64,000 nt of DNA, from contig DFJS01000067.1 of the NCBI GenBank assembly GCA_002373165.1, forward strand, positions 1,380 to 65,379, written 5' to 3'. The notes beneath the pieces were generated by a model that did no database searches, was not told the origin of the DNA, and worked only from the letters and a program-made list of their open reading frames with translations. The position numbers and the translations under genes are program-made. The DNA is from Ruminococcus sp. UBA3665 (GTDB lineage Bacteria > Bacillota > Clostridia > Oscillospirales > Ruminococcaceae). Positions 35,147-43,813 of the stretch are shown in pieces. Every line of letters starts with the position of its first letter. Position 1 is the first letter of the stretch.

Positions 35147-36046
35147 TCAGTCTTTCTTCTTGGAAACAACAGCAGCGGCACCGGCTACTGCCAGAGCGGC
35201 AACAGCGGCAGGAATGCCGGAAGTATCACCTGTAGGCGTATTGGTAACAGTACTTGCTGTTGTAACAGCAGTTGTTGTAGATGCGCCTGCGGCAGCAGTA
35301 GTGGTAGTAGCAGCCTTAGTAGTAGTTGTTGTTGCAGCTTTTTCAGTGCTTTCGGCAGCAGCTGTAGATTCAGAAGCGGCTTCCGTAGCAGCCTCTGTGG
35401 CAGCTTCGGTAGCGGCCTCGGTTTCGGCACTGGTTTCTTCTTCGGAAGTACCTTCTTCCTGTGCATCGCCTGTTGTGATAGAAGTAACTGTCAGGGAAAG
35501 GCCGGAATCAGTAATTTCTCTTTCAGAATCCTTCTTTGCTTTTTCCTCGTCAGAACCAAATGCCAGATAATTGATATTTGTCTGGAGGTAGAGGCATTCG
35601 ATAGAAGCAGAAGCGGATTCCAGATTCCAGGTAACAGAATAATCGCCGTCGCCTGTAATTGTAACATACTGGTCGCCGATTTCGCCGTTTTTATTATTAT
35701 GACGGGTATTGCCGCCGGCAGAACCTGCCAGGAATGCGACAAAATTTGTACCGTTGCAGTCATAAGTAGCATTGGCTTCGGCATTGGAAGTTGCACCGTT
35801 CAGGCCGCTGACTGTAAAATTAACAGTGATATAATCTGTTACGGCATTATTGGCATCGATATCAGTTACATTATTTCCCCATGTATTGAGGATATTTTTG
35901 CGCATAGAAACGCCGTCATCGCCGCAGGAAATTTCGGCAGTAGGATTATAAGAAATTGTAACTTCTGCACTTGCGCCAAGAGAAGCGAACGAAACAGCGC
36001 AGAGAGAAAAAGCGGCTGCGGCTGCAAATATATTTTTCAGTCTCAT
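35147..36046 (-). CDS. cell-surface protein: signal peptide, uncharacterised module, T/E/A-rich stalk, and a C-terminal hydrophobic anchor with a basic tail
   Basis: Signal peptide MRLKNIFAAAAAFSLCAVSFASLGASA. The module carries ITGDGDYSVTW...LQTNINYLAFGS. The stalk is (TEAA)n/TTTT-rich. The C-terminus is TNTPTGDTSGIPAAVAALAVAGAAAVVSKKKD. Confidence 0.8.
   Translation of the reverse strand: MRLKNIFAAAAAFSLCAVSFASLGASAEVTISYNPTAEISCGDDGVSMRKNILNTWGNNVTDIDANNAVTDYITVNFTVSGLNGATSNAEANATYDCNGTNFVAFLAGSAGGNTRHNNKNGEIGDQYVTITGDGDYSVTWNLESASASIECLYLQTNINYLAFGSDEEKAKKDSEREITDSGLSLTVTSITTGDAQEEGTSEEETSAETEAATEAATEAATEAASESTAAAESTEKAATTTTTKAATTTTAAAGASTTTAVTTASTVTNTPTGDTSGIPAAVAALAVAGAAAVVSKKKD
35376..35428. 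repeat. 12-nt tandem repeat encoding (A/T)EAA
   Basis: About four imperfect copies of GCNGCYTCNGTN, encoding ATEAATEAATEAAS. Confidence 0.7.
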
Positions 36047-36208
36047 GATTAAAAACTCCTTTTATAAAATAACTTAAAGCGGGCTGTCCGAGGAATCGGA
36101 CGGAATCCCGTACAAAACCTCACTGTCATTATAGCATATTCCGGGCAAAAAGTCTATTGAAAATATCTACAAATTTTATAAATCTTTTTTGTCCAGATAT
36201 TATATATT

Positions 36209-37519
36209 TCACGAATTTTTCAGCACAGCGACGGAGCGCAGACCATAAAATGCCATTAATTCCAGCCATTTCCGGGTAAGGATTTCGCCGCTGACGGCAA
36301 TCGGCACAGCCGGCGGACAGGGAACCTGTACAGGCGCACAGATTCTGCCCTCGGCAAGTTCCAGAGGGATGCACTCACTGTCACCCAGCCCGGCTTCCCG
36401 GAGCGAACAGGCTGTTTTCATGGGCGGCGGCAGAACAGGCGGTACCTGTGCCGGAAGCGGCCGGCACAGATGCAGAGCCTTTTCCAGCCGGAGAAAATCC
36501 TGTTCTGTCATGACAGGAGAAAGCAGAATCACCAGGCAGGTGCTGTCCGCGTACTCACATTCGACAGGAATACTGCCGTTCCGGAGCTGTTCTGCCAGAT
36601 TCCGGCCGTCTGCCGAAATGGTCAGATGCATAGGATCACTGCCAAGAAAGTGATAAATTCCGGCAAGGTTTTGTTTCAGTATTCCGGCGCGTCCGGCACA
36701 GAAAGCAATCTGTTCCCGGCCGGATGCATTCAGCCATGCCGTGCACAGTTCCAGCGAATGCAGAATCAGATAAGACGGGCTTGTCGAGCCGAACATCTGC
36801 ATATGCCGTTTCATCTGCATAACGAGTTCCGGGTTCTGCATATGCAGAAATGCGCCGCCCGTCAGAGCCGGAAGCGTTTTATGTGCAGAATCACAGCAGA
36901 AATCCGCACCCAGCCGGATAGGATGCCGGTTCGGTTCCAGAAAGGCCAGATGTGCGCCGTGGGCATTATCCACCAGCAGTTTTGCATGATATTTCCGGCA
37001 GAGTGCGGCCAATCCGGCGATATCCTGCAAATTTCCGGCATAATCCGGCGATGTGACATACAGGCACGCCGGGCCGGAAACTTCCTGCAAAGCCTGCTCG
37101 AAATCTCGGAGCCGATATATTCCGGCAATGATGCCGCCTTCTGCCGGGAATACCCATCGAACGGACAAATCCAGCAGAACACAGCTGTTCAGGAATGCTC
37201 TGTGAACTGTCCGTGCGGCGATGACCGTCCTGTTTTCGGCCTTCATCTGTGTAAGCATCGCCTGAATACACAAAGTTGACCCTCCGGCACTCCAGCAGCA
37301 CTCCGGCGTTTGATAGACCTGTGCTGTCTGCTGTTCGGCCTGCCGGAGGATGCCCTCTGCCTCGAACAGACTGTCTGCCCCGGCGATTTCAGTAATATCC
37401 AGCCTGTAGGCATATTCCAGTTCCGGCAGAAGACTTCTGCCCTTATGGCCGGGCATATGACCCCGGAGTGTCTGATTTTTGTGATAATTATCCAAAAAAC
37501 GGCTTAAAAATTTTATCAT
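36209..37519 (-). CDS. Orn/Lys/Arg decarboxylase-family PLP enzyme (YaaO-like)
   Basis: ATG at 37519 (AGAGGGGA RBS). HMPGHKGR and the PLP-lysine motif CDSAHKTLPALTGG. Confidence 0.82.
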   Translation of the reverse strand: MIKFLSRFLDNYHKNQTLRGHMPGHKGRSLLPELEYAYRLDITEIAGADSLFEAEGILRQAEQQTAQVYQTPECCWSAGGSTLCIQAMLTQMKAENRTVIAARTVHRAFLNSCVLLDLSVRWVFPAEGGIIAGIYRLRDFEQALQEVSGPACLYVTSPDYAGNLQDIAGLAALCRKYHAKLLVDNAHGAHLAFLEPNRHPIRLGADFCCDSAHKTLPALTGGAFLHMQNPELVMQMKRHMQMFGSTSPSYLILHSLELCTAWLNASGREQIAFCAGRAGILKQNLAGIYHFLGSDPMHLTISADGRNLAEQLRNGSIPVECEYADSTCLVILLSPVMTEQDFLRLEKALHLCRPLPAQVPPVLPPPMKTACSLREAGLGDSECIPLELAEGRICAPVQVPCPPAVPIAVSGEILTRKWLELMAFYGLRSVAVLKNS

Positions 37520-37644
37520 GAAAATAGCTGTCCCCTCTTGACAAAATAAAAAAAATATTGTAGAATAATAACATAAAAAAACGAACATTTGTTCTTTTTT
37601 CTGGAAATCATGATCAAAAAATAAAAAAACAAGGAGTTTTCTGT

Positions 37645-38004
37645 ATGCTTGCATTGATTGAAGATTACGAACAGACCCGTTTTCAGCTGCAAAGGCGCAT
37701 TTATGAACTGAACAAACTGCTGCGCGATGACAATCTGCGCACTATGGAGCGCGAAAAACTTATCGCCCGGCGTGATCTGCTCACACGGGAACGCAGCGAA
37801 CTGCTGGAAGATATTCTGGAGATGCGCCGTCATCTCAGCAAGGAGGAAGCAAACCATGCCAAACCATATACAGGAAGATACCAGCGTTTCCGGGCTGCTG
37901 CGGGATCTGACCGGACTGCCCGGCACCAACCGCAAACAGCTGGAATTATCCAGAAAGGCTCTGATTCAGGTTATCCAGAACGACCTGCCGCCGCGTCAGC
38001 GTGA
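37645..38004 (+). CDS. coiled-coil ORF whose last ~50 codons overlap the next gene out of frame (possible 5' half of a split gene)
   Basis: The first ~70 aa look protein-like (MLALIEDYEQTRFQLQRRIYELNKLL...). The tail is R/A/G-rich, as expected for off-frame reading. Confidence 0.35.
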   Translation: MLALIEDYEQTRFQLQRRIYELNKLLRDDNLRTMEREKLIARRDLLTRERSELLEDILEMRRHLSKEEANHAKPYTGRYQRFRAAAGSDRTARHQPQTAGIIQKGSDSGYPERPAAASA

Positions 38005-38170
38005 AGTAATTTTATTATATTATTATCATAACATGAGTAATAAACAGATTGCGGAATATCTGCATCTGGATGCCTCTACCGTATGCCGTACGCTTGGCCG
38101 TGCCAGAAAAAGGATTTATAAGCTTCTGCATGTTTATCTGGACTATCTGCGCCAGATCAGGCTGGAGTAA
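37856..38170 (+). CDS. sigma-70 region-4-like HTH DNA-binding protein
   Basis: ATG at 37856 after an AAGGAGGA RBS. LPPRQREVILLYYYHNMSNKQIAEYLHLDASTVCRTLGRARKRI. Confidence 0.65.
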   Translation: MPNHIQEDTSVSGLLRDLTGLPGTNRKQLELSRKALIQVIQNDLPPRQREVILLYYYHNMSNKQIAEYLHLDASTVCRTLGRARKRIYKLLHVYLDYLRQIRLE

Positions 38171-38178
38171 CAACAAAA

Positions 38179-38201
38179 GCCCCCGGATTCCGGAGACTTT
38201 T
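38179..38201. terminator. bidirectional terminator (HTH gene / tRNA-Gln)
   Basis: GCCCCCGG/CCGGAGAC stem with flanking A-run and T-run. Confidence 0.6.
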
Positions 38202-38211
38202 GAAGCAGAAA

Positions 38212-38283
38212 TTGGGACGGCGGGATTTGAACCCACGACTGACGGAGTCAAAGTCCGTTGCCTTACCGCTTGGCTACGCCCCA
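38212..38283 (-). tRNA. tRNA-Gln (anticodon UUG)
   Basis: The minus strand TGGGGCGTAGCCAAGCGGTAAGGCAACGGACTTTGACTCCGTCAGTCGTGGGTTCAAATCCCGCCGTCCCAA folds as a cloverleaf by hand, with anticodon loop CTTTGAC. CCA is not encoded. Confidence 0.9.
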
Positions 38284-38296
38284 GCATAACAAAAAT

Positions 38297-38325
38297 ATTA
38301 TAGCATATTTTTTTGCTTTTGTCAA
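38297..38325 (-). promoter_or_regulatory. promoter of tRNA-Gln
   Basis: Minus strand TTGACA-17 nt-TATAAT with an extended TG, 14 nt upstream of the tRNA 5' end. Confidence 0.7.
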
Positions 38326-38473
38326 GCCCTGCACCATTCACTTCTGTACTGCATACAGTAATAACAGAAGAAAAAATTATTTTCTGACTGTATAAACCCG
38401 TGCATTCTGTGCGATACTATCAGCAGAAAAAAATCATAATTCAAACCAGAACTTCAAAGGAGTTGTTTTTGCT

Positions 38474-38821
38474 ATGATGTCTGTGAAACGCGGAGAAATT
38501 TATTATGCCGATCTCAGCCCGGTTGTCGGTTCGGAGCAAGGCGGTATTCGTCCGGTACTTATCGTACAGAACGATGTCGGCAACCGCCACAGCCCTACCG
38601 TGATTGCAGCGGCCATTACCAGCCGTCTGGATAAGGCGAAGCTCCCCACGCATATTTCACTGGAAGCCGCATCCTGCGGACTCCAGAAAGACAGCATTGT
38701 CCTGCTGGAGCAAATCCGCACGCTGGACAAAAAACGCCTGAAAGACCGCATGGGTTCGCTGGATTCTTCTGCAATGAACCGTGTGGACAATGCCCTGTCG
38801 ATCAGCTTTGGCCTGCATTAA
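38474..38821 (+). CDS. mazF: MazF/PemK/EndoA-family endoribonuclease toxin
   Basis: [47 protein letters not shown]; 115 aa. Confidence 0.9.
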   Translation: MMSVKRGEIYYADLSPVVGSEQGGIRPVLIVQNDVGNRHSPTVIAAAITSRLDKAKLPTHISLEAASCGLQKDSIVLLEQIRTLDKKRLKDRMGSLDSSAMNRVDNALSISFGLH

Positions 38822-38834
38822 ATTTTCAGTATAA

Positions 38835-38867
38835 AAATTCCCCTGAAGCGATGATTCAGGGGAATTT
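38835..38867. terminator. bidirectional terminator between convergent genes
   Basis: AAATTCCCCTGAA/TTCAGGGGAATTT 13-bp stem. Confidence 0.8.
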
Positions 38868-38871
38868 GCTT

Positions 38872-39303
38872 TTATACAGTTTCGTCAGGTTTTCCTGTCC
38901 GGATACTGCGGATAGTAATTGCAACGCCGCAGTCTTCCGGGCTTCTTTCTTTTTCTGATTTCATCAGTTCTTCTTCCGAACCGAAAGCAAGATAATTAAT
39001 ATTAGTCTGGAGAAACAGACAATTGACAGGGGCATTTTGTGTTCCGGTTTTCCAGGTAACAGAATAATCGCCGTCGCCTGTAATTCTGACAAATGCATCT
39101 TCTGCAATCTCTTCGGCCGTATACTGATTTGCAGAGTAGATACTGCCGCCCAGATAGGCCACAAAATTTTGGCCGTCGCAGTCGTATCTGCTCATAGGCT
39201 CTGCATTGCAGTACGCGCTGCCGATGCCGCTGACGGTGAAATCTACTGTGATATAATCCGAAACATTTGCATGATCTGCATCGATATCCCGTACATTGTT
39301 GCC
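38872..39303 (-). pseudogene. 3' remnant (143 codons) of the surface module, in frame with the upstream gene but cut off by one TAG
   Basis: Translation GNNVRDIDADHANVSDYITVDFTVSG...ITGDGDYSVTW...LQTNINYLAFGSEE aligns throughout with the module of the 35147-36046 protein. It is in the same frame as 39304-40629, and there is no RBS before the internal ATG at 39195. Confidence 0.6.
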
Positions 39304-40629
39304 CTATACGTTATAGATATCCCGGCGCAGGGCAAAATAGTCCGAAGAAAGCGGAGCATTTTCCTCATACGGTATGATGATTTCATCATTAGCGGGAGTT
39401 TCTGCCAATGACTGCACCAGTCCGACGATATATTTCAGGATAGCCAGAGCTTCTTCTGAATCGGGTTTATTATTATGATTGAAATCGACAGCATCCAGCT
39501 GTGCAGAAGTAAGGGAAGCTTTTCCCAGTACAGCTTTATTTACGCTGATTACATCCAGGATATTAATTTTTCCGTCGCCGCTGACATCTCCGGGGAGCAG
39601 AGGAGCCGTTTCGGCAGGCTCGGCAGTTTCGCTGACGGTTACTTTTATCACGACGGCATCAAAATCGGCATTGAATACAGTAATATTGGCCGTACCGGCT
39701 TCCATAGCAGTAATCACGCCGGATTTGGATACAATTGCTGTATTCTGGTTACTGGATTTATAAGTAAGATTGGTCTGGTTTGCGATAATCTGGAACTGAT
39801 CGCCGGGCTGGAGCGAAATTTTTGTCTGATTTACCGTCAGTGCAGACAGAGTAGTAACTCTTGTTGTGGCAGTAGTAGCCTTAGTTGTTGTAGCAGTAGT
39901 GGCTCTGGTCGTAGTCGTTGTTGTGGATGTAGTGGTTGTAGTAGTAGAATTTGTCGTTGTAGTGGATGTAGTGGCTTTAGTAGTGGTAGTAGCAGCAGTG
40001 GAAGTAGTAGTAGTTTCAATCATGGAATATTCAATTTCCACTCCGCCGTCCATATACTGCACCAGACCTTCTGCTACATAATCCCGACTGTCATTTTTCC
40101 AAAGCTGATGAGAAGCTTTTCCGCTGGAAGAAATCCCCTGATCGGCATAAGAAAAATAAAAAAATTCGCCGCCTGTGCAGTATTCCGGAATCTCTGCCAG
40201 TATAACGACCAGCGTTCCTGTTCCTGTGCAGCTGTCTCCGGATGCCCATGTACACCATGCAAAATCAGAAGTACTTGTCATAGCGCAGGTCATTTTTATA
40301 TCTTTGCTCTGCGTTTCCACAGGAGAATATCCATAACTTCTGATCAGATTCGGATCTGTGACCAAAGTAAAATTACAATCGGCTCTGATTCCGAACTCTA
40401 CAGCAGTAATGCCGGGATTCTGCACCAGATTGACCGCAATAGGCACACAGCGGTCAGAATCCTGCAAATCCTGCATAGTAACAGATTTCTGTTCGATTTC
40501 TACAGCAACACTCCCGGAAGCCTCTGCTTTAAGAGGATGACACAGAAAAGCGGCACAGAAAATCAAAAGCATACATACAGTCATGCTGAAAGCTGTTTTA
40601 GCTGTTTTATATGTTTCATAGCGTATCAT
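39304..40629 (-). CDS. scaffoldin-like protein: signal peptide, cohesin-like domain, Thr-rich linker, Big_2 domain and dockerin (truncated by TAG within a C-terminal module)
   Basis: The cohesin-like region is VAVEIEQKSVTMQDL..VPIAVNLVQNPGITAVEFGIRADCNFTL (assigned by eye). The linker is Thr-rich (TTTTSTAATTTTKATT...). Big_2 is LTVNQTKISLQPGDQFQI...GVITAMEAGTANITV. The dockerin is GDVSGDGKINILDVISVNKAVLGK...ALAILKYIVGL. Confidence 0.75.
   Translation of the reverse strand: MIRYETYKTAKTAFSMTVCMLLIFCAAFLCHPLKAEASGSVAVEIEQKSVTMQDLQDSDRCVPIAVNLVQNPGITAVEFGIRADCNFTLVTDPNLIRSYGYSPVETQSKDIKMTCAMTSTSDFAWCTWASGDSCTGTGTLVVILAEIPEYCTGGEFFYFSYADQGISSSGKASHQLWKNDSRDYVAEGLVQYMDGGVEIEYSMIETTTTSTAATTTTKATTSTTTTNSTTTTTTSTTTTTTRATTATTTKATTATTRVTTLSALTVNQTKISLQPGDQFQIIANQTNLTYKSSNQNTAIVSKSGVITAMEAGTANITVFNADFDAVVIKVTVSETAEPAETAPLLPGDVSGDGKINILDVISVNKAVLGKASLTSAQLDAVDFNHNNKPDSEEALAILKYIVGLVQSLAETPANDEIIIPYEENAPLSSDYFALRRDIYNV
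39851..40016. repeat. low-complexity Thr-codon tract (linker)
   Basis: About 55 codons, mostly ACN, in degenerate short repeats. Confidence 0.8.
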
Positions 40630-40784
40630 AAAATAAAACCTCCCTGTATTTTTAAATTTCTGCTTGCAGAAGAAGATTAACTATATTTTACATAAAAAAG
40701 AGAAAAAAAGCAATCATTTTTTGTATTATATACAAAAAATTCATAATTTTTGTAAGATATGGAAAAAGTATCCGTTTATTTTTG

Positions 40785-42422
40785 CTATATTTTACAAAAT
40801 CCGGCCTGCCGTTCCCGCAGAAAAAGTGTTTTCATTTCGTCCTGAGATGTCAGGAACAGCACCAGAATATAAATCAGCACAGCCGCCAGCACAGCGGCAG
40901 GAAACGCCATTCTCTGCGGAAGACAGAACAGAAGCCTGTCATAGCACACCCGCGCCGCCGCCGCACACAGTACGCCGCCCCAGAACTGCGATATCAGCGG
41001 CCCGAACAAGTGCAGAGGTTCGCCGAGTTCTTTTTTCAGACAGTGCAGTGCAAGAATCAGAATGACTCCATAGCAAAGGCTTGTCGAAATCGCCGCCCCG
41101 GCGGTGCAGAATTTCGGAATCAGAAGCAAATTTCCAATCAGCTTGATGCCAATCCCCGGAAGCATGACCTTCACGGGCAGATCTTCCCTGCCGACTGCCT
41201 GCAATAAGCTGAATACAGGAAACGAAAGGCATAAAAAAATCAATCCCGGCGCAAGTGTGCGCAGTCCGTCAACGGCCGCCTGAATTTCGGCATTTCTTCC
41301 GGAGAATAAAAATTCCAGAATGCCTTCCGGGACGGCGAATATGCCGCATCCTGCCGGGACAGCGGCAATTCCGGTCAGCAGCAGAACTTGTCTGGCATAT
41401 CCGGCGGCCTGCCGTTTATTTCCGGCGGCCCAGGCCTGCGCCGTGCAGGGCAGAACACTTTTGGCGAACATATTCGTCAGCGAAGGCACCAGATTAAACA
41501 CAGTCACTGACAGCCCCATGAACGAACCGTATACAAAAGCGGCGGCCTCTTCCGGAGGAACAGTTCCGGCAAGATCTGCTTTCTGATAGAAGCCTTCGGC
41601 ATCAGAAAGCAGCATCCGGGAAAATGCTCTCATCACCGTAAACAAATCCATCAGCGATGTCAGATTTGTAACCAGTGCGCCGAGTGCCGCCGGAATCATA
41701 ATTTGAAACAATAATTTTATCATATTACGGGAATCCGGCGGAATTTCTCCGGAAAGCTTCTGTTTTTTCTGAGTCAGATTTTTCATGACAAGATACAGCC
41801 ATCCGGCTGCGGAAGAGAGCATCACACCCAGCACTGCGCCCATTGCGCCGCGGCTTTCCCGGGAATAGTCTTTCAGAATTATAAAATCTGAATTCATGAA
41901 CAGCTTGCAGAACCACAGGCCGAACGCCAGTTTTGCCACAGCCTCGGCGGCCTGAGAGACTGCCGTCGGCATCATACAGCACATACCTTCATAATAGCCG
42001 CGTTCGACAGCAGTCAGACAGCAGAATAAAATTGCCGGAGTCATCACAAGCACAGCCGGATAAGCTTCCGGCGAGCCGGAAGTATGCAGGGCGAAGAATC
42101 TGGCACAGCATAAAGAAATCAGCATTCCGGCCAGTCCCAGAATCAGGCACAGCATCCGGGCAGTATTCCGGAGTTTCAGAGCACTGGCAAACTGTTTTTT
42201 TCCTGCAAAATCGGCAGTCGGCCGGGCGACTGCGGTTGAAAGTCCCGTTACCAGAACTGCATAAACCGGCAGGAACAAGCCGTAAGCACAGCTGAAATAT
42301 CCCATGCCTGTACCGCCAAGCAGTGCTGTCAGCGGCAGTTTGAACATTGCGCCGCACAGTTTTGCAAACACTGCCGATGCCGTCAGCAGAAGCGACCCCT
42401 GTAAAAATGTCTGTTTTTTCAT
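40785..42422 (-). CDS. MOP-superfamily flippase (MurJ/SpoVB/polysaccharide biosynthesis protein family)
   Basis: ATG at 42422 (AAAGGGG RBS). MKKQTFLQGSLLLTASAVFAKLCGAMFKLPLTALLG... and ~14 TM helices. Confidence 0.8.
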   Translation of the reverse strand: MKKQTFLQGSLLLTASAVFAKLCGAMFKLPLTALLGGTGMGYFSCAYGLFLPVYAVLVTGLSTAVARPTADFAGKKQFASALKLRNTARMLCLILGLAGMLISLCCARFFALHTSGSPEAYPAVLVMTPAILFCCLTAVERGYYEGMCCMMPTAVSQAAEAVAKLAFGLWFCKLFMNSDFIILKDYSRESRGAMGAVLGVMLSSAAGWLYLVMKNLTQKKQKLSGEIPPDSRNMIKLLFQIMIPAALGALVTNLTSLMDLFTVMRAFSRMLLSDAEGFYQKADLAGTVPPEEAAAFVYGSFMGLSVTVFNLVPSLTNMFAKSVLPCTAQAWAAGNKRQAAGYARQVLLLTGIAAVPAGCGIFAVPEGILEFLFSGRNAEIQAAVDGLRTLAPGLIFLCLSFPVFSLLQAVGREDLPVKVMLPGIGIKLIGNLLLIPKFCTAGAAISTSLCYGVILILALHCLKKELGEPLHLFGPLISQFWGGVLCAAAARVCYDRLLFCLPQRMAFPAAVLAAVLIYILVLFLTSQDEMKTLFLRERQAGFCKI

Positions 42423-42493
42423 AAGCCTGACCCCTTTCAGAAGCATTTCCAAAAAAATTTCACGGAACAGAAGGATTTTTTTTTAAAATGCTA

Positions 42494-42522
42494 TTGCCGA
42501 AACTAAAATTTTGTGCTATAAT
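42494..42522 (+). promoter_or_regulatory. promoter of the aminotransferase-trpS-mazG operon
   Basis: TTGCCG-17 nt-TATAAT with an extended TG. Confidence 0.55.
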
Positions 42523-42581
42523 AATAACAGCACTCTGTAAACTGACAGAGAATTTGAATCGCAAAAGGTGAAAAAATAGTT

Positions 42582-43775
42582 ATGAATTATCAGTTTTCTG
42601 AAAAAGTTTCTCATTTGCAGGCTTCTGCTATCAGAGAAATTTTAAAATTTACCTCCGTACCGGGTGTGATTTCCTTTGCAGCCGGAAATCCGGCTCCGGA
42701 AGCCTTTCCTGTCGATACTGTACGCGAAATTGCTTCTGAACTGTTTCAGAATGACCCCATTGCTGTTTTGCAGTACGGCATTACCGAAGGCTACCTGCCG
42801 TTAAGAAATCTCATGAAAGAACGCATGGCAGACCAGGGCAATTTCAAAGCAGATTCTGAAGAATTGATTATCACATCCGGCGCACAGCAGGTGATGGAGC
42901 TTGCCTGCAAATCGCTGTGCAATCCCGGCGATACGCTGATCTGCGAAGCTCCCAGTTTTATCGGCTCGCTGAATGCTTTTAAATCCTATAATGTCAATCT
43001 GGTAGGCGTGCCGCTGGATGACGAGGGCATGAATCCCGAACTGCTGGAAAAAGCACTGAAAGAAAATCCCAATACAAAATTGATTTATTTAATCCTGAAC
43101 TTCCAGAATCCTACCGGCAAAACAACGACTTTAAAGCGTCGTAAAGAATTATATGCACTGGCACAGAAATATAATACTATGATAATTGAAGACAATCCCT
43201 ATGGAGATCTGAGATTTGCCGGCGAGGAAGTCCCCACAATCAAGAGTATGGATACAGACGGCAGAGTTATCTATGCCGGAAGCTTCTCAAAAGTGCTTGC
43301 GCCGGGCATTCGTGTAGGATACGGCATTGCTCCGAAGGAAGTTATTTCAAAAATGGTTGTCTGCAAGCAGGTATCTGACGTGCAGACGAATAATTTCGGC
43401 CAGATGCTGGCTTATCAGTTCATGCAGAAAGTAGATTTCGATGCCCATCTTGCTAAATTAAGAGCAATTTATAAACAGAAAGCAGAAAGAATGCTTTCCG
43501 GCATTGAAGCACATTTTTCTGATAAAGTCAGCTATACCCGTCCGGAAGGCGGTCTGTTCCTGTGGTGTACGCTTCCGGAAGGCAGTGATATGACGGGCTT
43601 CTGCTCCAAGGCCGTGCAGGAATATAAAATTGCTGTTGTTCCCGGCAATGCCTTCATGGTATCCGAAAGCGATGTGACATATTCTTTCCGGCTGAATTAT
43701 TCCACACCTACAGACGATGCCATTGACAAGGGCATTGCTGTGCTGGGTCAGCTGACAAAAGAAATGTTTGATTAA
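42582..43775 (+). CDS. class I/II PLP-dependent aminotransferase (LysN/aromatic aminotransferase-like)
   Basis: 397 aa with HLQASAIREIL..., NPTG and the PLP-lysine motif SFSKVLAPGIRVGY. Confidence 0.85.
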   Translation: MNYQFSEKVSHLQASAIREILKFTSVPGVISFAAGNPAPEAFPVDTVREIASELFQNDPIAVLQYGITEGYLPLRNLMKERMADQGNFKADSEELIITSGAQQVMELACKSLCNPGDTLICEAPSFIGSLNAFKSYNVNLVGVPLDDEGMNPELLEKALKENPNTKLIYLILNFQNPTGKTTTLKRRKELYALAQKYNTMIIEDNPYGDLRFAGEEVPTIKSMDTDGRVIYAGSFSKVLAPGIRVGYGIAPKEVISKMVVCKQVSDVQTNNFGQMLAYQFMQKVDFDAHLAKLRAIYKQKAERMLSGIEAHFSDKVSYTRPEGGLFLWCTLPEGSDMTGFCSKAVQEYKIAVVPGNAFMVSESDVTYSFRLNYSTPTDDAIDKGIAVLGQLTKEMFD

Positions 43776-43813
43776 TTTAATTTTATTTTATTTCAAGAAA
43801 GGAATTTTTTATC

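Noticed and set aside
38015-38341. ORFs of 108 aa (minus strand) and 84 aa (plus strand) over this interval
   Set aside because: Both overlap the tRNA-Gln gene and its promoter and terminator. They are spurious.
39304-39306. TAG as pyrrolysine or an alternative genetic code
   Set aside because: TAG is used as an ordinary stop elsewhere in the window (for example holB at 32531-32533). No pyl genes are seen, and the codon aligns with Trp (TGG) in the paralog. A point mutation or sequencing error is the simpler explanation.
39851-40016. Highly repetitive tract that might suggest a CRISPR array or satellite
   Set aside because: The repeats are degenerate ACN codon runs in frame within a coding linker (poly-Thr). 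There is no repeat-spacer periodicity.
42453-42581. Expected T-box leader for trpS
   Set aside because: trpS lies third in an operon. The only leader (about 60 nt after the promoter) is far too short for a T-box, and 43776-44349 is coding.
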